Positions 13,420 through 26,828 of a stretch of DNA of 64,000 nucleotides are shown piece after piece. Source of the stretch: the human T2T-CHM13v2.0 reference genome, Homo sapiens; NCBI RefSeq assembly GCF_009914755.1, contig NC_060926.1; one strand, written 5' to 3'. The notes below the pieces were generated by a model. That model was not told where the DNA came from. It saw nothing but the letters and a program-made list of their open reading frames with translations, and searched no databases. Within the stretch, counting starts at the first letter, position 1, and each line of letters begins with the position of its first letter. The translations under genes were made by a program, and so were the position numbers.

Positions 13420-15049
13420 CTAAGATCACATCCATCAACTTACCTATATCTCTGCTACTATGGACAAAATGTCCATATTTCTATGGATCACATTTACTCT
13501 CCCCTTGTCTACTCAAATTTCCCCTTTCTTTGCTACATCATCAACTCTTCCATCCATGCTAGGTCTTTTTAATAATAAAAAAAATCTGCCATAATAGATG
13601 CCATATTTAAAATATATATTGGTGCCCACATTCTGCTCCAGTTAATGCTCCATTTATTTGCACTTTTACACAATAAAACTCCTTAAGAATACTGCCTCCA
13701 CTTACTCCCCTTCACTGACCTTTTAACCTACTATAAATAGACCTTCTTTTTCAAAACTTGAATAAACAGGTATTGCCAGGGCCAACAGTGACCTATTCAT
13801 TGCTAAATCCAGTGGTCTTAGACAGTTAATGACTTACTACATTGTACTTTTTTTTTTTTCTCTTAGCTTTCAAGATATCAATCTCTCTAGATTCTCGTAC
13901 ATCCATTGCTGCTACTTCCTTTGTGTGTGTTTTTTTTTCTTTTTCATCTAACTTATAAATATTGGAATGCCCCAAATCTTTGGCCTAAGGCATCTTCCTT
14001 TTTTAATTCAGAATTACTACCTGGAAGATCTCACCCAGTCTTGTAGTTGCAAATATTGTTTATACATTTAAGTTTCCTCATTTCATATCTTAAGCTCTGA
14101 CTATTCCTCTAAATTCCAGATTTTAATACACAACTAGTTAGTCAATATTTACTCTTGGATATTTAATACTCATCTCAAATTTAATATTAATAAAACTAAT
14201 CTCTTCATTCCTTAACTCTCTCAACATTTTCTCTTCCTCATTCTCCCTTTCTCATTTAGATTCTTCTGTTTCCTGTTTCTTTCATATGCCACACCCACTC
14301 TATCAGTAAATTATCTTGTCTTGAGTATAGACCTAGAATTTTAATACCTTCAGAATATCTACTGCTACAAGCAAACTTCAGACAATAAATACCTCTTGCT
14401 TGGATTATTTCAATGGTTTATAACTTGTATCACTATTTTTGTCTTCACCTCCCAATCTGCCCCCATAATGGTCCTTTCAGAATGTTAAAAAATAATAATA
14501 ATAATAAAAAGACACTCATATAAAAATACTTTAATAAATTCCCTTCTATCTCTGAGTAAATGCAAAAATCCAAACAGTGCCTTATAAGACTCTCCATGTT
14601 CTAGCCTCCCCAGCTACCTCCTGAATACTCATGTGTTGTCACTCCCTTCTCTCTCATACTCCATTTCATCACACACTCCAAGAACACTCGGGGTGATCAA
14701 ACATTCCAGCAAAATTTCAGCTAACTTATTTGTAGCGTCTCTTCCCTTTGCCTGAAATGCTAACCTGCAGATAAGCTTTCTACTCAGTTTCTCATGCCTT
14801 TCAGATCTCTGCTCAAATATTCTGTTTGCAATGTACCTCCCCACTCCAAACTTGCTCCTTCCTCTACCCATTTTATTGCATTTATCAGAATTTTGTTATT
14901 GCCTTATTTGTTTGTCTGTTGAATGTTTCCATCCTAATGAAATAAAATTCACAGGAGAAAAGGAGTATCTTCACTGCTGTATGTAATCTTAGAACCTACA
15001 AGTGTTTCTGGCACTTAGGAGGCATTTTACACGTACCTGCTGAATGACT
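13420..15049 (+). mobile_element. L2 (L2a-like) 3' portion
   Basis: tgctaaatccagtggtc, ctcacccagtc, cttccctttgcctgaaatgc, 3' end ctggcacttaggaggc...tgaatgactg. Confidence 0.8.
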
Positions 15050-15711
15050 GAAAAAAAAAAAAAAACAAAACTCCAGGTTTACTTTCTCCTCAAAACTTTT
15101 CCCATTATATGTTGTCTAATACATTTTAGCCAAAAACCTCAACTTTTCTGTAAAGATTATACACCTACATTCTTCTAATTCTTCTCCTTTTGAGATTGAT
15201 AACTGTTCATTGTAGGTAAGATTTTACATGTAATCACTAAACGGACATTTTCAAATTTAGTTTTAAAATAAAATAACAGTAAAAAAGTTGATTGGAAACT
15301 GCAATTGTTATGAAACTGTCATATTTTAAATTTAAATTAAATTTATTTTTAAACTAACACAATTAGAATGTAATGTAGCTTAGCTGAGCCACTTTTAAAC
15401 ATGATGCTGTGTTGGAGAATGTGTTCTTCCTAGAATAAGCTGAGGAATTCACAAGTCTAAACCATAATTTTGATTTGGTTACTCTTCTGTTTAAAATTTT
15501 TGTTGGCTCCCCACTGAGTACAGTGTAAAATGTAAGTTCCTATATTGATATTTATGGTTTTCTTTAAATTGGAGAGTCAAATTACAGGCTGCTATGTAAG
15601 TCCAACTCCGCTATGGCCTCATAACCCAAACTCCTGCCACAGTCCCATTACCCCAACACATTATGATATTTCATATCTTACTGTGGCTTTGCTCATACAA
15701 TAGTATCAGGT

Positions 15712-15965
15712 ACAGTAAGAAGTGGATAGGTTTTGGAGTCACATGTATGAGTTTGTATCAATGTCAAGGTGCTCTGAATTTCCCAAGTAAACCTCACAGA
15801 AGTATTTTAACATATTAGCTGTGTGGTCTTGGGAAAGAACATCACTTGTCCAGTTTCCTCAACTGTAATAATATGATATTTATTCTATCAACCTGTCACT
15901 ATTATGAAGAATAGATGGTATCTTTAAAAACGCCTGAAACATGTAGATGCTCAGTATATGTTTTT
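15712..15965 (+). mobile_element. MIR
   Basis: ttggagtcac...tattagctgtgtggtcttgggaaag...cagtttcctcaactgtaa. Confidence 0.7.
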
Positions 15966-17534
15966 TCTATTTCTTTCTTCCATCCCAAATTACCCAAATC
16001 CACTGCCTCAGTCTATACCACAGCTTTTTTTCTATCATACCACTTAAAATTTATGTTTTAACCAGCCAAACCTTTTTTTGGAAGTTTCTTCTCTACATTA
16101 CTTCTATATTATTAGAGCTATTACCAAGGCATGCACTATATTACTGTTTCTGAGTTTTAAACATGTGATTTGAAATTTCAAATATTTATAATGATAATGA
16201 ATTGGAAAGAATAAGATATTCTCCCATGAGCCTGGTCTATCAAAACACGTATTTAGATGAAATCTTTCAGTGCATGAGCTTGGTAAACCATAAATCATTG
16301 ATTAATTTTCTGGCTAACATTACTAAAAATAATCTGGGGTATAGCAATGAGATGTTAATAACTTTAGTGCAATTAAGCTGTTGATATTCACAAAAACATT
16401 AAACAGCTTGTATACTTTTTTTTATTTAAACAGTTTTTAAATAGCATAACCCTACTCAAAAGAATGGTGCCTTTTCTTCAAAACTGAGTTGCATATCTTA
16501 TATTGCAAAACAACTTTTATATCAGCCGATCTATAGAAGTAACTTATAATTCAAAACTAAGTGAGAGCATTATGTTAAATTACAACAAGATTTCCTCTGA
16601 AGAAGTGGAAATCAACAATGTGGAGAAAGTTAGCTTTGATTAGGTAAAAGTTTCTTCTCAATGATGTTATTTCTTTCACAATATCCCAAATTGCAAATTT
16701 TCTTTCAGCTTATAAATTGTACTTTTAGTCTTTGTTGAGATATATTACCCATTAAATACTTCCCTTCAAGTTACTGAGTAACTATTTCTTTTAAACACAA
16801 TATATCAAATAATTGCTGTTTTTTATTTATTTTTTCTAAGTATTATACTTTTTTGTATCAATTGAATTTGCAATCAGTACAATTCATTCAGGAGAAAAAT
16901 AGCCTCAGGTTCGAAAAATAGACCAATTTAAAGAAAATTCATTTTGACATTTAAACCTCAAGTAAAAAAATCAAACTTTGCCAATAGTATTGAATTAGAA
17001 ACGTGATATTTTTATTAAAAAGGTAATGTTGGCAGGCTACAAGCAACCGTAAATCAGATAAAATTTGTGTTCTTTCTCATTTTACCTTTATTTCCTACTA
17101 TTTTATTTCCATTATTTTAAATACATATTTTGCAATTTGTCTGTATGTTACATCGTCAAGACAAATTTTGAAACCACCATTGCAAAACTGTCATTGAGAC
17201 AGTGACAGAGATCTGACCTAACCAACTCCATCTTGCTTCTAACTTCCAAACTGTCCTTGTTCATGTCCTGGTTGTAGGCGGATTTAGCTTTGGGAGGAAC
17301 TTAGTGTATAGTTTATAGTTTAAAACAAAGATGATAACAGCCCTTTACCAAAACAAACCTCCTTCTCCCTGGGGACTAGGCTGCCTTTGTAGGACTAACA
17401 AAGTTAGTTACAAGACTAGAAATTATGGCTTAGGAGTTATGCAGCTAGAGGCTACAAGATTCTGACCTTCGCTAAACTGCTCCTAAGATCAGTGCTTGAG
17501 ATGTTTTACAAACCCTGCACTTGATGGATCAGCT

Positions 17535-18005
17535 TGTTACAGGAAACATGCCCCCATCCAGACCCCGAGAGAGATGCAAAATTAAGTTTATTAAGGAAGT
17601 AAAGTAGTGAAAGGACAGTAACTCCATAGACAGAGTACGACTTTCCAGAAAGTAAGAAAAGGAATGTGTCCAGCCCAGGTACACTACTCCTATATATGAG
17701 GAGATGTGCTCTGCTATAAAGGTTTGTGATAAAGGATTAATTTTCTTAATGACTGTGTTCTGCAAGAATCGATACTATTATCTTTAAAGCAAAATAAGGA
17801 ATGCCTTTGTTCTCCAGATATCGGGATATCTGGACACTCCCAAGTCTGGGTCCATTTAGTAAATATTATTAATTTGTCTCCTTATCTGTAAACATCTAGA
17901 GGCTATGAATGCCTAATTTTCTGAGAATGCAGCCCAGCAAGTCTCAGATTCATTTTCCTAGCCCTTATTCAAAATGGAGTTGCTCTGGTTCTAAGGCCTC
18001 TGACA
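17535..18005 (-). mobile_element. MER41-family solo LTR (MER41C-like) nested in LTR8
   Basis: Ends ...gagttgctctggttctaaggcctctgaca (reverse complement of the MER41 start); perfect TSD agct (17531-34, 18006-09). Confidence 0.85.
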
Positions 18006-18172
18006 AGCTGGCACCACTCAGATCGATAAGCTGGCTCATCTGGTCTTGTGGCCTCCACCCAGGAACTGACCCAGCATAAGAAGACAGCTTTGATTCCCTC
18101 TGATTTCATCTCTGACCTAACCAATCAGCACTCCTGGCTAGCTGGCTTCCCCCTAGCCACCAAGTTGTGTTT

Positions 18173-18421
18173 ATGTTCTCACTCATAAGTGGGAGTTGAA
18201 CAATGAGAACACATGGACACAGGGAGGAGAACATCACACACCGGGGCCTGTCAGGGGCTGGGGGGCTAGAGGAGGGATAGCATTAGGAGAAATACCTAAT
18301 ATAGATGATGGGTTGATGGGTGCAGCAAACCACCACCTATGTAACAAACTTGCACGTTCTGCACATGTATCCCAGAACTTAAAGTAAAATAAAAAATAAA
18401 AAATAAAAAAATTAACAAAAT
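18173..18421 (+). mobile_element. L1PA (PA7-like) 3' end nested in LTR8
   Basis: atgttctcactcataagtgggagttgaacaatgag...cccagaacttaaagta plus A-tail. Confidence 0.92.
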
Positions 18422-18894
18422 AAACTCTGATCCTCAAATGCTGGGGAGACTGATTTGAATAATAATAAAACTCTGGAATCCCGCACAACTGGCTCTGTAT
18501 GAATTACTCTTTCTCTAGTGCAATTCCCATGTCTTAATAAATTGGCTCTGTCTAGGTAGTAGGCAAGGTGAACCCACTGGGCAATTACAATTTCAACTAT
18601 GCCTCAGGTCTGAAAGAAACATTGTTTTGAATACACTGAAAATTCTGAGAATATGTTATTAATTTTATTTTTATTACAATGGTTCTGCCAAAATTCTTTT
18701 TTTCTAAAAGTGTCAATTTTCTTGAGAACTTTTCATATATTTGAAAATACTATTAAACATATTGTTATAAAAAAGAAGTCCTTTGGGAATGTTAGAAAAA
18801 TGTTAAAATGATTAATAAAATTAATAAATCAACATCTTTAGTGTCGGGTCTATATTTTCAAGATTAAAAGCCATTTAAATCCACACACACAAAC

Positions 18895-19055
18895 AAATAT
18901 ATGTGAATTTATGGATATACACTGTATATACTGTATATGTATACTGTACATGTATACTGTAAATACATATATACTGCATATATGTATATATACACACTTA
19001 ATATACATAGTGTATATGCATAGACTTTTATATGATGTATGAATGTATATCCATA
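18895..19055. repeat. TA-rich degenerate repeat (tatactg units)
   Basis: actgtatatactgtatatgtatactgtacatgtatactgt seen directly. Confidence 0.8.
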
Positions 19056-20519
19056 TATCCTAGAATGAGTCCAAATGTTTAAACAACTTTAAAACAAAGA
19101 GCACCATTTTTAAAATCAAATTTAATAGGAGAGGAAATAGCATTAGTTTGTAGGTAAAGATACTTGGTCATAAAAAGACCTGTTCATACTAGGTATATAA
19201 ACACTTTTCTCCACCAATAGTTTTGTTTTGTTTTTACAATGGGAAACTCCCTCAAAACCATATTGAGTTTTCAAAAAGCCCTGCTTTAAAAGAATGATGT
19301 TATCTGCCTTCTTAAAAGATGTTGAAGAAATCTTTTCTGAAGGACATAGCTGGTCAGGAAAATATACTTCTGTCTAACAGCCTCTGAACTTCTCTCTATT
19401 TCTCATTCCCTTATTAACAGTAATCACTTACCAGAGTGCTTTTCCTGTCTTTTCAATTAGAGCTGCACTCACAGGAGGAGCTTCTAAATTAAGACTTTGG
19501 AAACCAAGAAGACATTGAACAGATCCATCCCAGGACTCCTGAGGGGGCATTTCACCTGGTAACTACTTCATATAACAATATTTTCCTTCCCAGGGATCTC
19601 CATGTTCTGAGAGTAATTTATAGTGACTAGATCCTATATGCTTTGGTTTTAAATTCAGAACTAAATTCTATGGAACCAGTGAATGTAATTATTCCATGAT
19701 GCATATAACTAGATAAACACAATCTATAAATATAGATAAATATTTATCCTGCATATTCCCACAAAATGGTCAAATTTGTTTGGTTTATTTCATATATATT
19801 TCAAAACTGACCACTGTGAACATATAATCACTGCTACGGATAGTTCCCACCGCGTCTTACTGGGGTCTAATTAAGGACAGTTGATCAGAATGGAGTACCT
19901 TCAAGTTTCCAAAATGTTCTGGAAACTGTATATCCTAATAAAAATCCAGTCAACTCTTCTTCAAAAGACTTTTTACTTATGGAAAGGATTTCACAGCATG
20001 ACTCCGAACCTATTCAATATTTCTTTTAGCATAGATAAATTTCTTATTTATTTATCTATGAAGAGCACTGTTTCATCTTGGATGAGATTTTTCATTAAAA
20101 AGTCTTTCCTTGAAATGAAGAGACGCAAATATTATTTGAATTAATTGACTTAATTATTGATTATTTTCTGTAATTAAAGTAATTGTTTACATAGATATCT
20201 ATGCTGGTCTATCCATCTAAAAGAAATATATTCTTTTACTTGATTGTTATCCATTGAGAGAAACTAGTATTTCTAAAGAAAACTATAGCTTGATGAAATG
20301 AGAAGGGATCACCTGACATTCTAATCTTCTATGTAATTAAATAATACATTATTTGGAACATAAATAGGAAATAAAAGGTTACCATAAAACAATGTGATAG
20401 TGAGTCTTTTCCCTAAATCTTTGGTTTATATAAAATCATTGACAGAACAGAGTAGAATTTGTGCAAATGATAAATTGATGAGAGACTTATTAAATAAACA
20501 AAGAATCTGCCTGCATTAC

Positions 20520-21062
20520 TATCAACAGATAATAACAGAGTAACAAATACCCCAAAACATAGAGGTTTAAAGCAACAAGCATTTGCTATCTCAGTCTCTG
20601 TGGATCTGGGATTAGGCTTCAGCTGGGTGCTTTTGGCTCACACTTTTCGCAATGCCATATCCAAGTTGTTGGCCAGGGCCACAGTCATTTTAAGGCCTAC
20701 CTGTAAGTCCTAGACATATCCACTCTAGAGCTCACTCACGTGTCTATTGGCAGGCCCCAGGTCCTCAATGGTTATTGCCTAGAAACATTAGTTCCTTGCC
20801 ATGTGGATCTTTCCATGAGGAAGCTCATGACATGGCAGCTGACTTTTCACAGAGCAAGTGAGTCAGAGAATGACAGAAGTCAGCCCAAGAGTTTTTTTTT
20901 TTAAAAAAAAGGCAACAGTATTTTTGTAGCTTAATTACAAAAGTGGCATCACGTTAATGTCCGGTTTTATTATTCAGAAGCCAACCATCGAGTAAAGCCC
21001 ACACTCAACAGAAGTCATTGATATTAGAGGTGGGAATCATTGGGGACCATCCTAGAGGCTTT
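20520..21062 (-). mobile_element. MLT1F-like MaLR LTR
   Basis: gtaacaaataccccaaaac...gttccttgccatgtgg...catggcagctg...ggggaccatcctagaggct. Confidence 0.8.
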
Positions 21063-21607
21063 TAAGAAAAGTAAAGGTGCATAATGACCATCAAATAAGT
21101 GTTAAAAGGGTATAACTATTCAAATTTAACATTCCTAGAAACATTACTAGCTGTATTAGGTAATATAGGCACATGGATATTGATATATTTAGCTATATCT
21201 TTTTCATCATCCAATCAAGAAAATGTAATGCATAGATATGGAAAATGTGCTATCATTGTTAATTGCTAAATATTAGTCATTTAGTACCAAAGCTGAACAT
21301 AAAAGAATGACTATATTGACTTTCTCAAAATCTAATACGAACTATCTGTTTTAGAGAAACGACATGAAAGAGTGTTGATTTCTTGAATTCTAAGCCCCTG
21401 TATTATTTTCTTATATAGGAACCTGTTGTTTGGAGGAAATAAAAATAGTGTGTTTTATTCTCTTTTTGTACTTGAAATTCAGTTAGGGGCACTTGATCTT
21501 CTTGTGAAATATTTTTTAGTCATACTTAAAAACTTACTTAGCTACAACATAATGTGAGTGGCATTAGAGTCAGACATGTTCTTTGTATTTTTAAAATCCC
21601 ATGAAGA

Positions 21608-21608
<1 letters not shown>

Positions 21609-21647
<39 letters not shown>

Positions 21648-21655
21648 CACACACA
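21609..21655. repeat. (CA)n microsatellite
   Basis: About 23 units with one interruption. Confidence 0.97.
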
Positions 21656-21784
21656 GGAATGCTGAGAGTGCATGGTATTGATAGCTGAGATGATCTTCAA
21701 TACAACGGTTCCCCCAAGAAAATCATAAAAGACAATAAAGGAAATGAGAAAAAAAAAACAAAACCTAGCTATGCTTTCTTATTA

Positions 21785-22186
<402 letters not shown>

Positions 22187-22370
22187 CTAAAAGGATGTCT
22201 TCTCAAACATTTATGTTTGAAAATTAAATAAAAATGTCCCTGGATGACTAATAAAATACAACATTCATAAAATTAACACTAAAATCAGTAATTTAAAAAG
22301 TTGAACAAATTTATAAACTTTCACTTTGTTTCTGGTTATTTTAAATTCAATAATTAAAATGAGGGCTAAC

Positions 22371-22475
22371 TTGGAGGTGGAGTTTGCAGTGAGCTGAGAT
22401 CCCACCACTGCACTTCAGCCTGGGTGACAGAGCAATACTCTGTCGAAAAAAATTTAAAAATAAAAATAAATAAAT
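22371..22475 (+). mobile_element. 5'-truncated Alu (end of right arm)
   Basis: ggaggtggagtttgcagtgagctgagat...tctgtc plus A-rich tail. Confidence 0.9.
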
Positions 22476-23129
22476 AATGGCTACCATGAAATCATTGGGC
22501 TTTTTAGGAACCTGGAACATTCATATTAGAAGGGATTTTCGTTTTTAAACACCCTCTAATCTCTGCCAAATCAATGAAATTGTTTAAAATAATATAAAAC
22601 TGCTCTCTCTTTCAGGAAGATAGAAACATTAGGAACATCCTTAAGAAAGGAGTAAGTTTTTGATCATCATTAGAATAATCAGGGGTTCTGGAAAAGAGAA
22701 TGATATGATAAGGTACATTTTTTTATCCATAAGAAACACTAATAGCTTTACAGAGGGAAAGTTAAGATAGGTACACAAAGGAATCTAAGGGCTTGGGTTG
22801 AAATAGTCCGTGAAATTAGAAACGTGGCACGAACAATGTGAGAGAGATTATGTAAAAGGCAGAGGGATCAGTGATTGCAGAGGGACCAAAAGAAAAAAGT
22901 ATGCTTCTCTAATGTTAGTTTACTGTCAGGGAGCATAGCTTTGTTCCCATCAAGTAGGGAACTGTCATAAAAGACAGTGATATACAGTATGTGGTAAATT
23001 AATGATGACCTCTCAATACATACAGTTGTTTTGTGCCGAGTAGGGAAATTGTTGCATGCGAGGAGCCTAAGAAGAACATTTTCCAAAAAGGGAAAATCTC
23101 ACAAAAGTCAAATGAGATCGATAGCTAAA

Positions 23130-23310
23130 CTTTATTAAACACTTGATACTTTCCAGCCACACTACAGAACCCTGGTAAGTAAGGAATATTATTTTGCATA
23201 TTTTACAGATAAAGAAACAGAGAGACAGAGAACTTAAATACCTTGCCTAAAGCAAAAAATAAAAAATAGCCGGAGAGGCCAAGATGTAAAAGCTGGTAGT
23301 TGACCTTCAG
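23130..23310 (-). mobile_element. MIR
   Basis: attttacagataaagaaacagag...ttaaataccttgcctaaag. Confidence 0.7.
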
Positions 23311-23616
23311 AGAATGCTGCACTTCAAGGCAGTGACCTCTTCTGCCTCTCAGGTGGATAACTGCCTTTTTAATGTATTAAACATTTAACTGTACTCCAAA
23401 AATGTGGGTTTCTTAAAACCATGCCTCCTAGGGTAAGTGCAAAAACCTTCCCAATTTATCAAATGCTAAGGTGATATATGAACATGACCAATGATAAAGG
23501 AAGTTATTTCAACTGCTATTTAAGAAATACTAATCGTTCTGAAACTAAAACTATGTCTTGTCCACCCATCAAAACCCTTAGTTTAATTGCTGCCTCTTCC
23601 TTCTATTTAGATTTTC

Positions 23617-24289
23617 CAGTGGTACGTTGGAGTTACCTTGTATTGGCCTATCAGAACCAATTATTATATTTTCAGGAATTTTTGAGCTAGTTGTTTAAGG
23701 TTAATATTATTTGAAATTAAATCATATTAATGTACAATTAAATAATTCACACTAAAAACAAGTTAATATACTCGCAATATATTACTGCCTACGTTTTACC
23801 ATTTATCCTCATGAAGTGATTTACATCCATCGTATCCTCTATTGCAGCGATCACCAACCTTTTTGGTGCTGGGGACCAATTTTTTGGAACACAATTTTTC
23901 CACGGACCAGGGAGCTGGGCGGATGGTTTCGGGATGAAACCGTTTCACCTCCGATCATCAGGCATTCGAGTTTCATAAGAGGTGCGCTACCTAGATTCCT
24001 CGCATGTGCAGTTCATAATAGGGTTCAGGCTTCTATGAGAATCTAATGGTGGAGGCTCATCTGAAGGGAGGCGGGGCTCAGGCTGTAATGCTGCCGCCCA
24101 GTCCGCAGCCTTGAAGATGGGGACCCCTGCTCTGTTGGATGTGCTACTCTACATCTCCTCCCAACTCCTTATTCAATGACACCATATTAGTAGCTAGAAG
24201 TGGAAGTATTTACACCACAAACATTAACAAGTGGTACTTTTTTTATCTCTGAGATGTCTCCTTGTTAAACATTTTCCAGCGGACTACAG
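23617..24289. mobile_element. MER63 (hAT-Blackjack), interrupted by MER1B
   Basis: cagtggtacgttggag...ttttcaggaattttt...gtatttacaccac...ttgttaaacattttccagcggactacag; degenerate TIRs at both ends. Confidence 0.75.
23845..24129 (-). mobile_element. MER1B (hAT-Charlie)
   Basis: cagcgatcaccaaccttttt...ggggacccctg; 8-bp TSD ctct(a/g)ttg. Confidence 0.9.
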
Positions 24290-24327
24290 CCAGAAGTCAT
24301 TTAAGGCACTTTTTATCTATCCTCTTT

Positions 24328-24420
24328 CTGTCTATCTACCTACCTGTCTATTTAATCTATCTGTCTATCTATCTATCTATCTATCTACCTACCTATCATC
24401 TATCTATCTATCATCTATCT
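24328..24420. repeat. Compound (TCTA/TCTG/CCTA)n tetranucleotide STR
   Basis: tctgtctatctatctatctatctatctacctacc seen directly. Confidence 0.92.
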
Positions 24421-26289
24421 TTCATTTCATTTTTCTTTTTGTTTTGCCTCCGGAATTTTTGAAGTATGATTGACAAATAAAAAATACACATTTAAGGTGT
24501 ATGTATATATCACTGTTAAAATACAAGTTACTCCTAATATCTGCACTGATTTCAAAGCATCTATTTTAAAAGTGACAGCAATTCAGCCAAAGAACAGAGA
24601 GATACTGTTAACGGCAGCATGCGGGAAGCAAGTCCAAAGATCATTATTATGTCAGGACCTTGTTTCAATAGGAGAGAGGAGAGAAATGTGAGAAAAACGC
24701 AGAGTATGTAGGTTTTACATATCCATTTGATTAGATGCTGCTTAAGGAAATGGAAGGTCTGAATTCACATTGTCTCTAAACCTACTTCCTTTCAGCTTAA
24801 ATCCTTTAATTTTCAATGTTATTGCCCAAAGTTAAACTGCATTTGTAAAACATATGACTCGGAAAAAGATTAAACTTTACTTTTGTGCAATCAGTTCTGC
24901 CATCAAAGGGGGTAGAAATTAAGACTCTGAAGAGTAATCATTTCAAATAGCGCCAATAACTATGTAAAATAATCAACAGTGTCTATTCCCCACATTACAG
25001 CTTCAAGTAAAATTATTTTTTAAATTTTATAATGTGATTCTTTTTGAGCCTCCAGGTGCATCTACCCAATTTAACATTCTTGCAAATGTAGCTTTCCTCT
25101 ACATGAAATTATTTTGATTTGATGGCATATTACTTATTCTGGGGAGAAAATCCTCAGGCTACATGAGGTATAGGCTACATTCTAATCACATAAGCATATG
25201 AAACTCTTTTGTGAATGTGGGGAACTTCATTGACTATAAAAAAGGATGCATACGGTATTGTGTCATTAATTATACTTATTTATCTCCCCAATTCAATTGT
25301 TCACGCCTTGCTTTTTGCCTTTTGATACAGGAAGATTTCCAGCCATGCTTATGCAAGTGTTCCAAGCAGAATTAAACAAAACTTTACTTTTACATATTAT
25401 AAAAGATAATAAAGAGATTAAGAAAAAAACTTAGTCATGCTTTCATATCAAATTGTTAGTAATTCAGGCTCCTGCTACTAGGACTCCTGACTTCCAGTCA
25501 GTCGTATTTTTCTTTGTAATAAGTATAGTCAGCACTGAGTGAAAAGCAAGGAAGCGCATTTACCCTGAAAATGACAAAAGCAAGTGAATAAAACTAAATG
25601 CCTAGGACAGGACAAAGAAAAATTTTCTAAGTCTTATAAGATCTTGGGTTTATATAGCTTAATATATCTCTATAATTTTAATTTTTTCTTTGCATGAGTC
25701 ATTTTTGGATAGGAAACCCATTTAAACATTCTGTTAAGTAAAAACCCTCTTAAAACCCTTTGCATTAAAAATCTGTTCACGGAAAACATTCTGAATACAA
25801 TTTCTAGTACAATGTAGCTTAAAAGAGTACACAAAGCTTTCCTTCAGAAATTAAAGTTGTTTTCCAGGTTATAATCCACTATGTTTAAGTTTCATAAGTC
25901 AACATCCCAGCCCAAACTCTCTTTTTCCCACCATCCCTTACTTTGCCTTCCACACTTCCACACACAAAACATGTACCCAATAGCTAAGGCCTCTTTCATT
26001 TTTCTGCTTTAAAATCTTTAAATGCTTGGCAAAGGTATGTTAATTTGTAATACAGCTCAGTGTGAATAAAGTACAGATTTTCTTCTTAGAAGAAGCATTT
26101 TTCAGAAGTGATGGGGAGCACTGAGCCACTACACAAAGATAAAGTGGTTCCGAAGGGGAAATTGAGCGGTAATGAAGCTAAATCCCTCACTTTCCAGTTT
26201 TGAGTAGGATCAGGAGACCAAGAGTGACTTTAAGCTATTCCTTCTAAAGATCCCAATTTATTTTAGAATTACTGCAGTTCTTTGAAGAG

Positions 26290-26495
26290 TGATTCATGTT
26301 TTGAGTGCCCACTATGTGCCAATCTTGTTCTTCATATTAATTGATTTAATTATCACGTATTTAAGATATGTGTTGTAGTTAAACTACAAATATGAGCAAA
26401 ATGGAGGCCCTAAGAGGTTCAATAATTTATATTCAGTTATTCTGCTAGGAAGAGACAATATTGAGATTCAAAACTAAGTACACCTGTTTCAAAAA
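26290..26495 (-). mobile_element. MIR
   Basis: ttgagtgcccactatgtgcca...gagcaaaatggaggccctaagaggtt...gagattcaaaac. Confidence 0.75.
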
Positions 26496-26503
26496 TGTTT
26501 GGC

Positions 26504-26828
<325 letters not shown>

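Larger units (their letters stand above)
17169..18589 (+). mobile_element. LTR8 solo LTR (ERV1), interrupted twice
   Basis: tgaaaccaccattgcaaaa...gcaaggtgaacccactgggcaattaca; 4-bp TSD attt (17165-68, 18590-93). Confidence 0.9.

Noticed and set aside
26085-26175. Plus-strand exon candidate (KKHFSEVMGSTEPLHKDKVVPKGKLS)
   Set aside because: The donor GCG|GTAATG is weak and the peptide is unrecognised.
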